The translations under genes and the position numbers were made by a program. Below, piece after piece: positions 50,622-61,300 of a DNA stretch of 64,000 nucleotides. Location: positions 1 through 64,000 of the IMG/VR virus record IMGVR_UViG_3300021399_000005; one strand, 5' to 3'. Each line of letters opens with the position of its first letter. Positions within the stretch are counted from its first letter, which is position 1. The DNA is from a virus (taxonomy: Duplodnaviria > Caudoviricetes). Under the pieces are notes generated by a model, which saw only the letters and a list, made by a program, of their open reading frames with translations, was not told the origin of the DNA and searched no databases.

Positions 50622-51197
50622 ACTATCTTTTTTTACTTGATCTTGATAATCAAATATACTATGCATTTCTTTATCAATTTCATCATGTTCATTTGGAACA
50701 ATTGGTAAGGTTACTGCTCTTTTATAATATAAATCTCCTTGACTGTTTCCACCTAAAGCTTTATACATTTTATACCATTCAGTTAATCTATCAAATTGAT
50801 ATTGAGTCATTTCTCCAACTGCAAGATATTCTTTACAAGTATCAATTAATAAATATTTATAAAATAAAACATCTTGCTCTTTTAATACTTCAAATTCTTT
50901 TTGCGTATCATTTAAACGGCCAATCGCATCTCAATACATCTTTTGCCAATAATCATAAGTTGCTTTTGTTTCGGTTTGGAAAGAGGATAAATCTTCAATT
51001 AATTCTTTTTTTAACTGTTTGTTTGATTCTGTAACAATTTTTTCAATCTCTTCTCGTAGATTTTTTTCTTCAAATTTTTTTGCCTTTTCATTTTTTTCTT
51101 CTCCAACGCTTTTAATTCAATCAAGAAAAGCTTTAACTAAAAAACCTCCAACAGCAACTAATATATATGCAAGCACCTCATCTGCCGAAATATTCAT
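50598..51197 (-). CDS. Membrane-anchored coiled-coil protein with Y..Y.ALGGN motif, 199 aa (two TGA=Trp)
   Basis: GGAGG RBS, ATG 51197; N-terminal hydrophobic segment; TGA at 51119 and 50933; joins track ORF 50598..50810. Confidence 0.7.
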
Positions 51198-51249
51198 ATA
51201 AAAACCCTCCTCTATCTTTGAAATTAAAAAAGGCGTTATACGCCTTTAT

Positions 51250-51771
51250 TTAATTTGACCAGTCAAAATTTCCATTTTTAACTTTTCCAAACTTTGTCAT
51301 ATGAGTACCTATACAAATAGCATCGCTTTCATCTTGAGTAGCTTTTACCCCATATGTATTTAAAACAAAGGTTTGGGCATTTTTCTTTTGAACTTGTCTA
51401 GTTTTACCACTTATTTTTAAAGTAGATTTTCATGTATTTGATGAAACTATAGAATATGGTATATTAAGCTCTTGCGCAAGCTCTAATACAACTCCATAAA
51501 CATTTGCTAAAACTTTAAAAGTTTTTACATTATTTCCAACAGAAGCTTGTAATTGAATATCTTCAAAAGCTATTTGGTTTATTTGATATTTTTCTATGAG
51601 CTTAACTAATTCCTGTCTAATTGTAACTAGTCGTTTTCCAATTTCCTCTTGTTCTGTTCGTATTTTTCCTCAATCTTTTAGTTCCCCGTTCTGGAAATAC
51701 GCTCAACCCGACAACTTGCTCGCTTGGTCTAGGGCCAAAAGCCTAGTTTCCTGTGCTGCCGAATCCGCCAT
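51250..51771 (-). CDS. ruvC: RuvC-like Holliday junction resolvase, 173 aa (three TGA=Trp)
   Basis: Missed by the track; LLALDQASKLSGW(TGA)AYF, IAFEDIQ, NTW(TGA)KS, QDESDAICIG acidic catalytic motifs; overlaps the dUTPase 3' end. Confidence 0.85.
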
Positions 51772-52261
51772 TGCGCTCTCCTTCAGCATTATCATTTTCT
51801 ACTTTTGCGTAAGGCAAAATAATACCCTGACCAATTTTATCTCCTTTTTTAATAAGAAGATTAAATGGAGATAGGTTAAGTACTTGGAACATAATATGTC
51901 CTTCATTGTCTGGGTTATCTACATAATCTGCATCGATTATACCTACCCCATTAGCGAGAATCAGCAGATTTTTTAAAGCGATTGAACTACGAATTGAGAG
52001 TTGTAAATATTGATTTTCATCTAAATAACATTTAATTCCAGTTGGAATTAAAGTAGGCTTAATTCCAAGAGTTTTATTTAATTCTTGAGCATCAACTAAA
52101 GTTTTTTGAATTCCCCTCATGTCTTGAACAAGATTCTCATAAGCTGGAACAAAAATATCTTCTGCTGCGCAAAAATCGTAACCAGCGCTTTGCGCAGTTG
52201 ACCTTTTTGGAAGTTTAATTCCTAGGTCTTTATAAGCAGAAACGACTTCAAACTTAGGCAT
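51743..52261 (-). CDS. dut: dUTPase (trimeric family)
   Basis: SAGYDF, IPTGIK, RSS, GIIDADY, GDKIGQG, RNGGFGSTG motifs. Confidence 0.95.
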   Translation of the reverse strand: MPKFEVVSAYKDLGIKLPKRSTAQSAGYDFCAAEDIFVPAYENLVQDMRGIQKTLVDAQELNKTLGIKPTLIPTGIKCYLDENQYLQLSIRSSIALKNLLILANGVGIIDADYVDNPDNEGHIMFQVLNLSPFNLLIKKGDKIGQGIILPYAKVENDNAEGERNGGFGSTGN

Positions 52262-52514
52262 AGCGCACCTCATCTGGGCTATATTCTACTTTAATTCTGC
52301 GATCTGGCTCTTTTACATCTGTAATTCCCTTGGTGAGTGACACCACCCAGTATTCGTCAATAATTTCGCCCTTGCTCTTGCGGGTCTTATATTCGCTGCT
52401 ATATTTAATTAATTCAAAAGTTGTTTGGTTTTTATTATCTTCAATTAAAAAATTTGCTTCTTCTTCTGTATCTACTCTATAGGTTTCTACTGTTTTGCAT
52501 AAATATTTACTCAT
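52254..52514 (-). CDS. Hypothetical protein, 86 aa
   Basis: ORF track; translationally coupled overlaps; Trp=TGG. Confidence 0.7.
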   Translation of the reverse strand: MSKYLCKTVETYRVDTEEEANFLIEDNKNQTTFELIKYSSEYKTRKSKGEIIDEYWVVSLTKGITDVKEPDRRIKVEYSPDEVRYA

Positions 52515-52770
52515 GTACTTTTACATCGATTTGGTTTCTTCCAAATCTACTCCCTTCTATTATTTTCATTTCTTCTTTTACTTTTTGACCTTGCCAACCA
52601 ATAAGATGAACATTAAAAGTATTTTTCTCATAACATAATGAAACTAATGCTTTTGGCAATTCTTCAATAGTAAACTCACCTATTGTTTCATTTGGTCTTC
52701 CAACATCTTCTTTATATTTTACTTTATGTTTATATACAAATTCATTTACATTACAGTTAATTACTGACAT
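52507..52770 (-). CDS. Hypothetical protein, 87 aa
   Basis: ORF track; coupled overlaps; Trp=TGG. Confidence 0.7.
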   Translation of the reverse strand: MSVINCNVNEFVYKHKVKYKEDVGRPNETIGEFTIEELPKALVSLCYEKNTFNVHLIGWQGQKVKEEMKIIEGSRFGRNQIDVKVHE

Positions 52771-53261
52771 TCTATCACTCCCTTGTTATATGGGAATAAA
52801 TATCCAATGAAAGCTTCTTGACTTCCTTTTGGAACAACCCAAAATTCAACAGCATCCTTTTCTTCTGTAGTTCCAATTCCTTTTATATCTCCTATTGATT
52901 CTAAACATTCAATAACAACATCTTCAAACTTTGTCTTTGATTCTGGATTAACAATTAAGGCTGTATAATATCTTAAATCATGGGACAAAAGAAAAAAATA
53001 TTTACAATCAGACATTCCATTTTTCCATTTTTGAATATCTTTTTTTGCTAAAAATATACTTTTTTCTGTAAAAGTTTCGGCTTGCGCCATTGCTTGCTTA
53101 TTAATCTGATATAATGACATCGTTGGTTTTTGTGGTTCATAAAGAACCCATTCTTTATTGTGATATTGATATATTCGTCTTGTATCTGACACTAGAACGA
53201 TTTCATTTTCTTCTGGTCTTTTTAAAGCTAGTAAAGCTTTATAACTTGGAACAATGTTCAT
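52761..53261 (-). CDS. Hypothetical protein, 166 aa
   Basis: AAGGAG RBS; preceded by TGaTATAAT; three Trp, all TGG. Confidence 0.75.
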   Translation of the reverse strand: MNIVPSYKALLALKRPEENEIVLVSDTRRIYQYHNKEWVLYEPQKPTMSLYQINKQAMAQAETFTEKSIFLAKKDIQKWKNGMSDCKYFFLLSHDLRYYTALIVNPESKTKFEDVVIECLESIGDIKGIGTTEEKDAVEFWVVPKGSQEAFIGYLFPYNKGVIECQ

Positions 53262-53285
53262 TAAAAAGCTCCTTTCTTTATTATT

Positions 53286-53314
53286 ATTATATCATATTTT
53301 TTTAAAAAAATAAA
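53286..53314 (-). promoter_or_regulatory. SigmaA-type extended -10 promoter
   Basis: TTTATT-17-TATAAT with TG extension. Confidence 0.55.
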
Positions 53315-53327
53315 AAACCGAGAGTTT

Positions 53328-53882
53328 TTAAGAACCCTCGGTTAATAACTGTTGTAAGAATAGTGCACCCGCCGTATTGCCTAAAACTATTGTTAAATAT
53401 TTTATTATATTTATAAAACTAATATTAATTAAAAGGTATGGAAAATCTGCAATACAGTGTTCAGCACCAATTAAAATAAATCCCATTACACATAAGACTG
53501 TTATTAAATCTTGTTTTATTGTTACTGCTAAATGAATTAAAATTCCGCATAAATAGGCTTTTGCGAATAATGCCAAAAAGTCTTTTGAAAATTTTGCGGC
53601 TGCCGCAGTTTTTAATAATTCAGCTAAATTCTCGTTAGCTATACAAGAGAAAAAAACTAATGCTCCTACTCCAATTAAGTTTAAGAGTAAAACTTTCGTT
53701 TTATAATTCCAAGTAAATTGAGGAAAACCAACTTTTCCAGTAAATAATGGAAGTTTTAATTTTATAATAGATAAAAGTCCAAGACTAAAAAGAAAACTTC
53801 CTATAATTGAATTTTCTGCGGTTAAGTTGGCAACTACGCCAATTCCAATTAATATTCCAGCTAAAACCATTATCTTCTCCAA
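53328..53882 (-). CDS. Formate/nitrite transporter (FNT/FocA-like), compact form
   Basis: LAGILIGIG, FSLGL..LFTG, CGILIHLAV, FILIGAEHCIAD, GNTAG motifs; multiple TM segments; start at 53882 or 53870. Confidence 0.85.
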   Translation of the reverse strand: MEKIMVLAGILIGIGVVANLTAENSIIGSFLFSLGLLSIIKLKLPLFTGKVGFPQFTWNYKTKVLLLNLIGVGALVFFSCIANENLAELLKTAAAAKFSKDFLALFAKAYLCGILIHLAVTIKQDLITVLCVMGFILIGAEHCIADFPYLLINISFINIIKYLTIVLGNTAGALFLQQLLTEGS

Positions 53883-56800
53883 TCTTTTAAAGACTCACTA
53901 TGTTTAATTCTCATTTCAGTTTCTTGTTGCTTACCTAGATTGAAAGCAGTTTTATAGTCACCAGTTAAGTAACCTGTTACTCTACGCAATCTTTGAATAT
54001 TTTTGCTTCCACAAATTGGACATGTGTCATTCATCTCATCTGTGTATCCGCAATCTAAACAGGTATCATTTGGAACATTTATAGCGAAATAAGGGATATC
54101 CTTGTCCATGGCATAGTTGACAATAGATTCTAATGCATCAAGATTATTTTTAACAGTAGATTCTAATTCTACATATGTAATGCAACCAGCGTTACTATAT
54201 CCAGTTAACTCTGCCTCAATATCAATTTTTTCAAAAGGTGACAAGTTTTTCCAAACCGGAACATGGATTGAATTAGTAAAGAAATCATTTTCTGAAATAC
54301 CTGGTAATTTTCCATATTTTTTCTGGAATGCTTTCATTGCGGTGTAGCACAAATTCTCTGCCGGGGTGTAGTACACACCAAAGTTCAAATGTTCTTCTTG
54401 TTTAAACTGTGCGCATCTGTCTTTGTAAAGCTGTTCAATACGTTTTGCTAATTCCATGCCCCTTTTTGTTGTGTGGTCACAACCGATAAGAATTTGAAGC
54501 GTTTCCGCGAGGCCGATTTGGCCAATAACTAGTGTACCATGTTTAAGCGCACTACGCACACCCTCTTCAGGTTTATAACCTGACATTACGCCATTTTCAT
54601 ACATAAATTTTGCTGAATTAGGACTTTGTGAACACATATATTCGTATCTTTCTTTTAACATATCTCTTGCTTCATGTAATTTAGTATCAAGTAAAGACAT
54701 AAAATTCTCAACAGCATCTGCTTCGCCAGTAGCATCATACTCTTCTTTTGCAGCGTTTAATGCATCCATAGCTAAGAAAGGTAATAAAATTGTAACTGGT
54801 GCTAAGTTTCCTCTACCATCCTTCTTTTGCGGATTAACTCCAGGTTCTGCATTGATGTCTGCGCCGTTATATGTTCTGCACATTTTCTCTTATGTTACCA
54901 TAAGAACTGACTATATCTTCTATCTTTCGATAGCCTCCCGCTTGGACCTGGTGCTTATCTCCAGGCCTACTCCCTTACATTCATCAGGGATAGTCGATAC
55001 ACTTTATTTTATAAGTTCTATAATATATCCATCTGGTTGTGGACGTTTTTTTTGGACAATTTCTGAAATTTTTCTTCTTGATATTGGTAAATTCTGTTCT
55101 GCCTGGCTATAACTTTTATAAACTGTTATTTCTCCTGTTTTTAAATTAGTTACTTTTATTTTATTGCCAGTGCGTTCATGATTTTTTTTAACTGTATAAT
55201 CATCAATATATTCATCTTGTTCGTATGCGATAAGTCATTCATCTTTATATAAACTTTTTACTTTATGTAAACATCTCCTAGAACAAAATTGATGATTTGT
55301 TTCATTAAAAAAGTCTCTCATCTGCGCTTGTGTTTCAAAATGATATTCTTCACCAGTATTAATATTTTTACATTTTACTCCTGTTGCATTTGGATTGTTA
55401 CCGCCTACTTTAGACTGTCTAATTTTTTCTTTAATTAAAGACAATTCTTCTGGAGTTTTTGTTTGATATGTGTTGCCACCGCTTTTATATTCTGCAGCAG
55501 TTTCATTATATCCATTTTTTATACTATCATAATAAATAATTCAATCATGTTCTTTTTTTGTTAACTCTTCTTGACTTGTAGCAGTATCAATAACTTCAGT
55601 AACAAAAGAATCTGGTTTATAATACCTAATAGCTCTTGCAAAATGAGTATCAATGACGTTGTTTAAAGCATCTGTTTGATGACGTTTTCATCTGCTTTCT
55701 AATGAATTAACAGTTTGTCCAATATAAACTTTGTTATTTTTTGTGTTTGTTATTTTATATATTATCATTTTTATTAAACCTCCTATGCTTTCATTTTTAT
55801 TTAAAAATGTGCGGCATAAATTTAATAAAAATTGTCCAAAACTTATAAAATCTTAGCACGGTCTCATCCTGTTTTACGAGGACCTAACCGTTAGCTTACA
55901 ATATTTTTGTAAACACCCGCGAGCGCGGTTCAAGAGGTTTTAGATGAGCTACAGTTTACACTTACCCATCGTGCTTACGTATGTCTCAGGATCGTTACGA
56001 TCATACCCTGCATTAGTAGACCAGTCAACATTTACATAGTTTGGATATAATCTTTGCGCAGTTGACTTTAAAGCCAATCTAAATAAATCATAGTTAGGGT
56101 CACCTGGCGCACGATTAACACCTTTCATACATTGGAATATACCACAAGGGAAAATTGATGTTTTATGTAATTTTCCAAGACCTTCAATAGAAACATTTAG
56201 GATTTCTTCAGTAACCATTTTACCCTCTGGGAGAGTGCATGTGCCGTAGTTGATAGATGTAAAGGGTAATTGGTTACCAGACCGTGATTGTAATGTATTA
56301 CATTTGCATTCACACAAGTTCGTTAAGCTTGTGCAGTTCTCTTATGAACTTCTTTATGTCGCCATAAAGATTAGACTATATCTTCATCCTCTTTTGAGGA
56401 GGTTACCATTTCGGATTACTTAATCCTACTCTCCGTTTTATGGAGATAGTCGTTAGGCATTTATCGTATCATCATAATATTTTAAGTGGTAGCCCTTTAA
56501 GGTTTTACCTCTACCATTGCATAATTTTGAAATGTTTGTCGCTGGAATTCCTAATTGTCTACTACACTCTTGAACAGATTCATAAACAGTATTTAATTCT
56601 TCACAATAAACTTTTCTTTTGTTTGGATAATTTTGAGATAATTTCTTTTTCTTTTCTTCTGAACAGGGAACATGTCTATTTTGAGCCGCAATAGATAATT
56701 TTTGTTTATGCTCATCAGTAAATTTTCTTCCTTTTTGAGCATTACTTATTTTTTTCTTTTTTTCTTCAGAACAAGCATGTCCCAATCCATTTTTATTGCC

Positions 56801-58219
56801 CATTAAAGCATGAGAAATTTTTTCTTTAGTTTCTTTATTCATAGAAAATACTTCTCCGCCAGAAGTAGAATTATATCCATATTCTCTATTCATTGCATTA
56901 AATTTTTGTATAAGTTCTTGCTCTTTTAAACAAGCTTCTTCTTTTGTTAAATTAGTAAACAAAATATTATGTTCAAAATTATCCCAACCATATTTTTGAA
57001 TTGCTGAATAAAAATGAGGACTTGATTTATAATTGCATCCATTTGAACCCCATCTTCGTTCTGGTATTTGAGATGTTATGCCAATATAAACTTTATTATT
57101 TATTTTATTTTTATGTTGATAAACAATATACATAAAGCCCTCCTTTCTTTTAAATAAATGATACGAATTTAGCACGGAGTTGTCTACGAGAGAGTTTCTC
57201 CGTTTAGGTAACTATGTTCTTAACATTACTGTTAAGTCGCCCTAATATTTAAGGTTGTGGTACATACCTTCAACGGCCTGGTGAATTTCTTTTTTTGTCA
57301 TTGCCATTGCATATTTATGAGCGCTTTTGTCTGCGTACAAACTATCATTATAAATTGAATAATCCTCTGGGTCTATATTATAAGTCCAACACTGTGGGTC
57401 TGTTTGTTGTTCATTAATACAGATTCTATCAGGTTCTCCATTAAAAAAGCTTATTTTTTCTGGTGTTAAAAAAGTTAAACCATCTAAATAATGTTTCCAA
57501 AAAGATTTTCTTACATATGGCACCATAGTCCAGTCAATATGGCTTGCGGAAACTCCTCCAAATTGTTGTAAAGATTGAAGCTGAAAAATTACTGCAACAA
57601 GTTGAAAAGCAGTATTTACTGAATTGGCTGGACGCACATCAGTTTGACGAGTATTAAATCCTTCCGCAAGTAACTTATCAAAAGGAATCGTAAGACAATT
57701 ATGCATTCCGATTGCGTAACTGTCTAAGTCATGAATATAAATGTAATTATTTAAATGATTATTTCGTGACATTTCTGACATGCAATAATCAAGAGCAAAT
57801 TTCTTGGTTAAGACTCTATTAGCTTCACCCATTCTTCCACCAAAAGAGCGTTCATCAACATTAGCATTTTGGTTTTGAACATCAGTTGCATCAAGTTTTT
57901 TTGCAACTTCTTGCATAAACTGAGTATTATATTCTCTTACTTTTGTTCTATCATATCTATATTTAATATATGCTCTAGCAACATCTTTTCTTTTACAAGA
58001 CATTAACCCCTGTTCAACCAAATCTTGAATTTCTTCAATTTTTAACATATGGTCTTGTTTCTCAGCATAATCATAAATATAATCTGCAATGTTTTTTGCT
58101 TTTGTCATGGCATATTCTTCTATCTTACCATCAACATCCTGGAAAGCAGCTAAAACTGCACTCTCAATTTTACTTTTGTCAAAATTTTTAATTCGACCAT
58201 CTCGTTTAATAATTTTCAT
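53870..58219 (-). CDS. nrdD: Anaerobic (class III) ribonucleotide reductase, three exons (58219-57252, 56300-55964, 54880-53870; 771 aa spliced)
   Basis: ATP cone, YIHDLD..NC, HNL^NTLQSRSGNQLPFTSINYG, TMG^CRT, TPAENLC, CxxC..CxxC, RRVTGYL glycyl-radical motif; exon lengths sum to 2316 nt, in frame. Confidence 0.95.
55004..55768 (-). CDS. GIY-YIG homing endonuclease in intron 2, 254 aa (three TGA=Trp)
   Basis: AGGAGG RBS; MIIYKITNTKNNKVYIGQT...SRW(TGA)KRH...E...GYN; TGA at 55690, 55543 and 55237; TAA 55006-55004. Confidence 0.85.
55791..55840 (-). promoter_or_regulatory. Candidate late promoter inside intron 2
   Basis: TTTGGACAATTTT-N24-TAAATAAAAATGA, same spacing as 38617-38667. Confidence 0.45.
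56301..57251 (-). mobile_element. Group I intron 1 of nrdD (951 nt)
   Basis: Splits AAC-CT^T-AAT-ACA; U before and G at the end; CTAACGACTA (R) and GAAGATATAGTCT (S). Confidence 0.9.
56453..57133 (-). CDS. GIY-YIG homing endonuclease with NUMOD3/NUMOD1-like repeats in intron 1, 226 aa
   Basis: MYIVYQHKNKINNKVYIGIT..RRW..GYN; 'SEEKKKKIS' repeats; AGGAGG RBS; both Trp are TGG. Confidence 0.9.
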   Translation of the reverse strand: MYIVYQHKNKINNKVYIGITSQIPERRWGSNGCNYKSSPHFYSAIQKYGWDNFEHNILFTNLTKEEACLKEQELIQKFNAMNREYGYNSTSGGEVFSMNKETKEKISHALMGNKNGLGHACSEEKKKKISNAQKGRKFTDEHKQKLSIAAQNRHVPCSEEKKKKLSQNYPNKRKVYCEELNTVYESVQECSRQLGIPATNISKLCNGRGKTLKGYHLKYYDDTINA

Positions 58220-58312
58220 TTAAAACCTCCTAATTATTTAAATTATTTCTAGGATTCTATATTGATCCAAAATATTATAACAAATCTTTTAATAAAATTA
58301 AATAAAAATAAC

Positions 58313-58339
58313 CAAAAGAGAGGAATCTTTATTCCTCTC
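58313..58339 (-). terminator. Intrinsic terminator after dnaE
   Basis: GAGAGGAAT-aaag-ATTCCTCTC-TTTT on the - strand. Confidence 0.65.
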
Positions 58340-61300
58340 AAGCTCCTTGCGCTCTTGCTGAAGTTAAGCTAATATCTTTTCCATCATCAGAAATAGAAGT
58401 AATTCTATATAGCTGATGGTTTTCTTCATCGTCTTTTCTCTTATATTTTTTTGCCATAAAAGAATCTTCTGTTTTAATTCCCTGAATAACAATTAAACTT
58501 CCTCTATCAAACCAACTTTTTTCAATAATATGTTTTTTACCATCTTCTCCAAGAGCAGAAATTCTTTTATCAAACAAAGCGAAATGTTCTTTTCTAAATT
58601 TTACTTCAACAACACCTTTTGGAGTTAACAAAGTAATAGAAGAATGACTCTTATTTTTAGCAATACAAGTTCCATAAATTTTATGAAGTTTAAAGATATT
58701 AATTTTTCTACCATTTTTAGTAAAGAAGCTTCTTTCAACCTCTTGTTCTTCTGGTAAATCAAAGAAATCTGACAAACCATATTTTTCTTTATTTACATTA
58801 ATTAATTCATGTTCATGGTAATAAAAACATAATACCTCCATTTCCCAAGAAGAAATAGAACCTTTTGCATATTTATTCCAACTTTCCATAAAGATTTTTT
58901 CATTTAAACTTTGAAGAATTTCTTGACTATTTTCTTTTAACCAATCTCTAGCGGGATCCATATATCCTTGATAATACTTATCCCATTTCTTTAAGTCTAA
59001 AGTTTTATCTGGTTCAATTAAAAACTCTAAATCTATTGAAGTTAAAAAATCTATTGCCCTATTATCTAAATGTCCATTTTTACAAATTGCTCTTAAATAT
59101 CTGTTAAATTCAAATACTCTCTTTTCAAAGTTTAATTCTTCTGGAATCATTCCACTTTTCACTAACCCGGCAAAATTCTGTAAGGTTAATCTTTTTTTCT
59201 TTTCACAAGTTTCCCAAATAAACCATGCCATTACAAATTTTCTATCATAAAATTGGTCAAATGCGCCAGCCTTAATTAAAGAAATCATGGCAGTTTTATT
59301 TAATTTTACTTTTGAATAAAAATCTTTTGGAGAAACGTAAGGTCTATTTTTTAATATTTCTTCCACTACGTTTTCACCGACATCCAAAATTCCATTTAAA
59401 CCAAACATAATGACATTGTCTTCAATATTTGGAGAAAAAGTTCTTTGAGATTTATTAATATCAACTAATCCTATTTTAATTCCTGCGGCTTGAATATCAC
59501 CTAAAGCCTTTGCAATTTTTCCATAGTTTGTGGAACCTCCTGTTAAAGCCCCACTATTAACTCTTAAACATGCAGTATTCCAAAATATTGGATTATAGTT
59601 TGTGCCAAGATACAAAGTCTGTACACCTACGAAGGAGTACGCAAGCGAATGAATTTTTGAAAAAGAATAACCCATCTGTGGACCAACCCCAGCTCTCCAA
59701 ATATATTCACCCAACTTGTGAGATTTTGCTTGCGCCAATACCTTTTGCCGCAAAGCTGGAATTTTATCCATTTGCTTCTTTCCTACGATCTTTCTGGCGC
59801 GATTTGCTTCCCCCAATGTGAAACCGCAAATATTTTCATCCATCAACATTAACATTAACTGCTCTTGGCTTGGAGGTACTCCATAAGAACTTTTGAAATA
59901 TGGTTCTAAAGTTTTTTCCTCTTCTTTTGTTAAACCAAAGTTATCCATTTCTTTATACCATAAATCAATATTATTTTTAAATCTTACATATTTATCCATT
60001 GGCTGCTCTTCTCCAGGACTTGATGTCATTAATCTCATCAATCCATTACAGTCACTCATTTCTTCAATTGTTCTTGGTTTAATCTTTGCAGCTGCTCTTG
60101 CGCCAACAGATGAATCAAACTGAAATGTATTTAAAACAGAACCCTTTTCTAAAGCATTCCAAATTCTTTCATCATTTAAATTTAATACATTTGGATGTAA
60201 ATATTTATCATAAACTTCTTTTAAAGTTAAATCTTTATCAATTTCTCCATACTCCTGTAACAAATTTATAGTTTCAACAATTTTATCTTGTACATCAGTA
60301 ACTAATATATCAAATTTTGTCATACCAAGATGTTCACATTGATGAAGATCCCATTGAGTAATAATATCTCCACTTGGAGTTTTCATAAATGCACCAAATT
60401 CATATGGATTTTCGTCAAAGAAAATTACACCTGATGCATGACTACCTCTTTGCTTAATCAAATTCTCTATTCCAAACATAATATCCAAAAGTCCAGGATA
60501 TTGTTCTACTTCTTCAATGAAAACTTTTACTGGTTTTCTACCTTTTTCTTTATTTCCATACACAACATCTTGTAAACTCCAAATAAAACCTCTTTCTACT
60601 GGTACAAGAGAAGATAAATATTGAGCTTCATCAACATCTATTCCCTGTGGAAAATCTTCACTTCTATATCCTCTACATGAAGTTAAAATTGCGCTTTTGG
60701 TTGATTCGGTTCCGAACGTTGCCACCAATGTGCAACCCAAATTTTCTCTAGACAAATCATCTAAATCATCATTAAAATTCTTACTTCTTTCTTCCCTAAT
60801 CTTCTGCAATATTAAAGGACGTTTACTTGGACATACATCTATATCAATATCTGGTAATTCTACACGGTCTTTATTTAAATATCTGAAAAAAGGTAAATCA
60901 TGTTCTATTGGGTCTAACTGTGTTACGCCTAATAAATAATGATTCAATCCCGAACAAGACGAGCCTCGGCCTGCTCCAACCGTACTTCCGCACTCCCAAA
61001 TTAAATCAATGTAATGTTGTAAAGTAATTGGATAATCAAACATATTTGAATCTAATTCTTTTCCAATATATGCTTTAACCTCTGCTTCTTCTTCTAATCG
61101 ACCTAAATAAATATTATTATCTTTTCCTAATTCTTTAAGCTTTTTTAAGCATTCATTAACCCAATATCTTTCATGATTGTTTTCAGATTTTCTCATATTA
61201 TAAAGATTTGGATATTTTACCAAAGATTTATCATCAAATTTTTGACTAAAAGGAACCTCAACCCTTGGGATTTGTTGTTTATGAAAAATTGAATATTGTT

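Larger units (their letters stand above)
54881..55963 (-). mobile_element. Group I intron 2 of nrdD (1083 nt)
   Basis: Splits ATG-GGT^TGC-AGA; P1 AUGGGU/GCUCAU with U.G at the splice site; R GTGTATCGACTA, S GAAGATATAGTCAG; terminal G. Confidence 0.9.

Noticed and set aside
50489-51034. 181-aa + strand ORF in the track
   Set aside because: Overlaps tRNA exon 2, the terminator and a better-supported - strand gene; no RBS; shadow-like composition
54852-56317. Separate genes starting MCRTY (54883) and MCECKCNTLQ (56317)
   Set aside because: These are nrdD exons 3 and 2; their apparent starts lie in intron sequence
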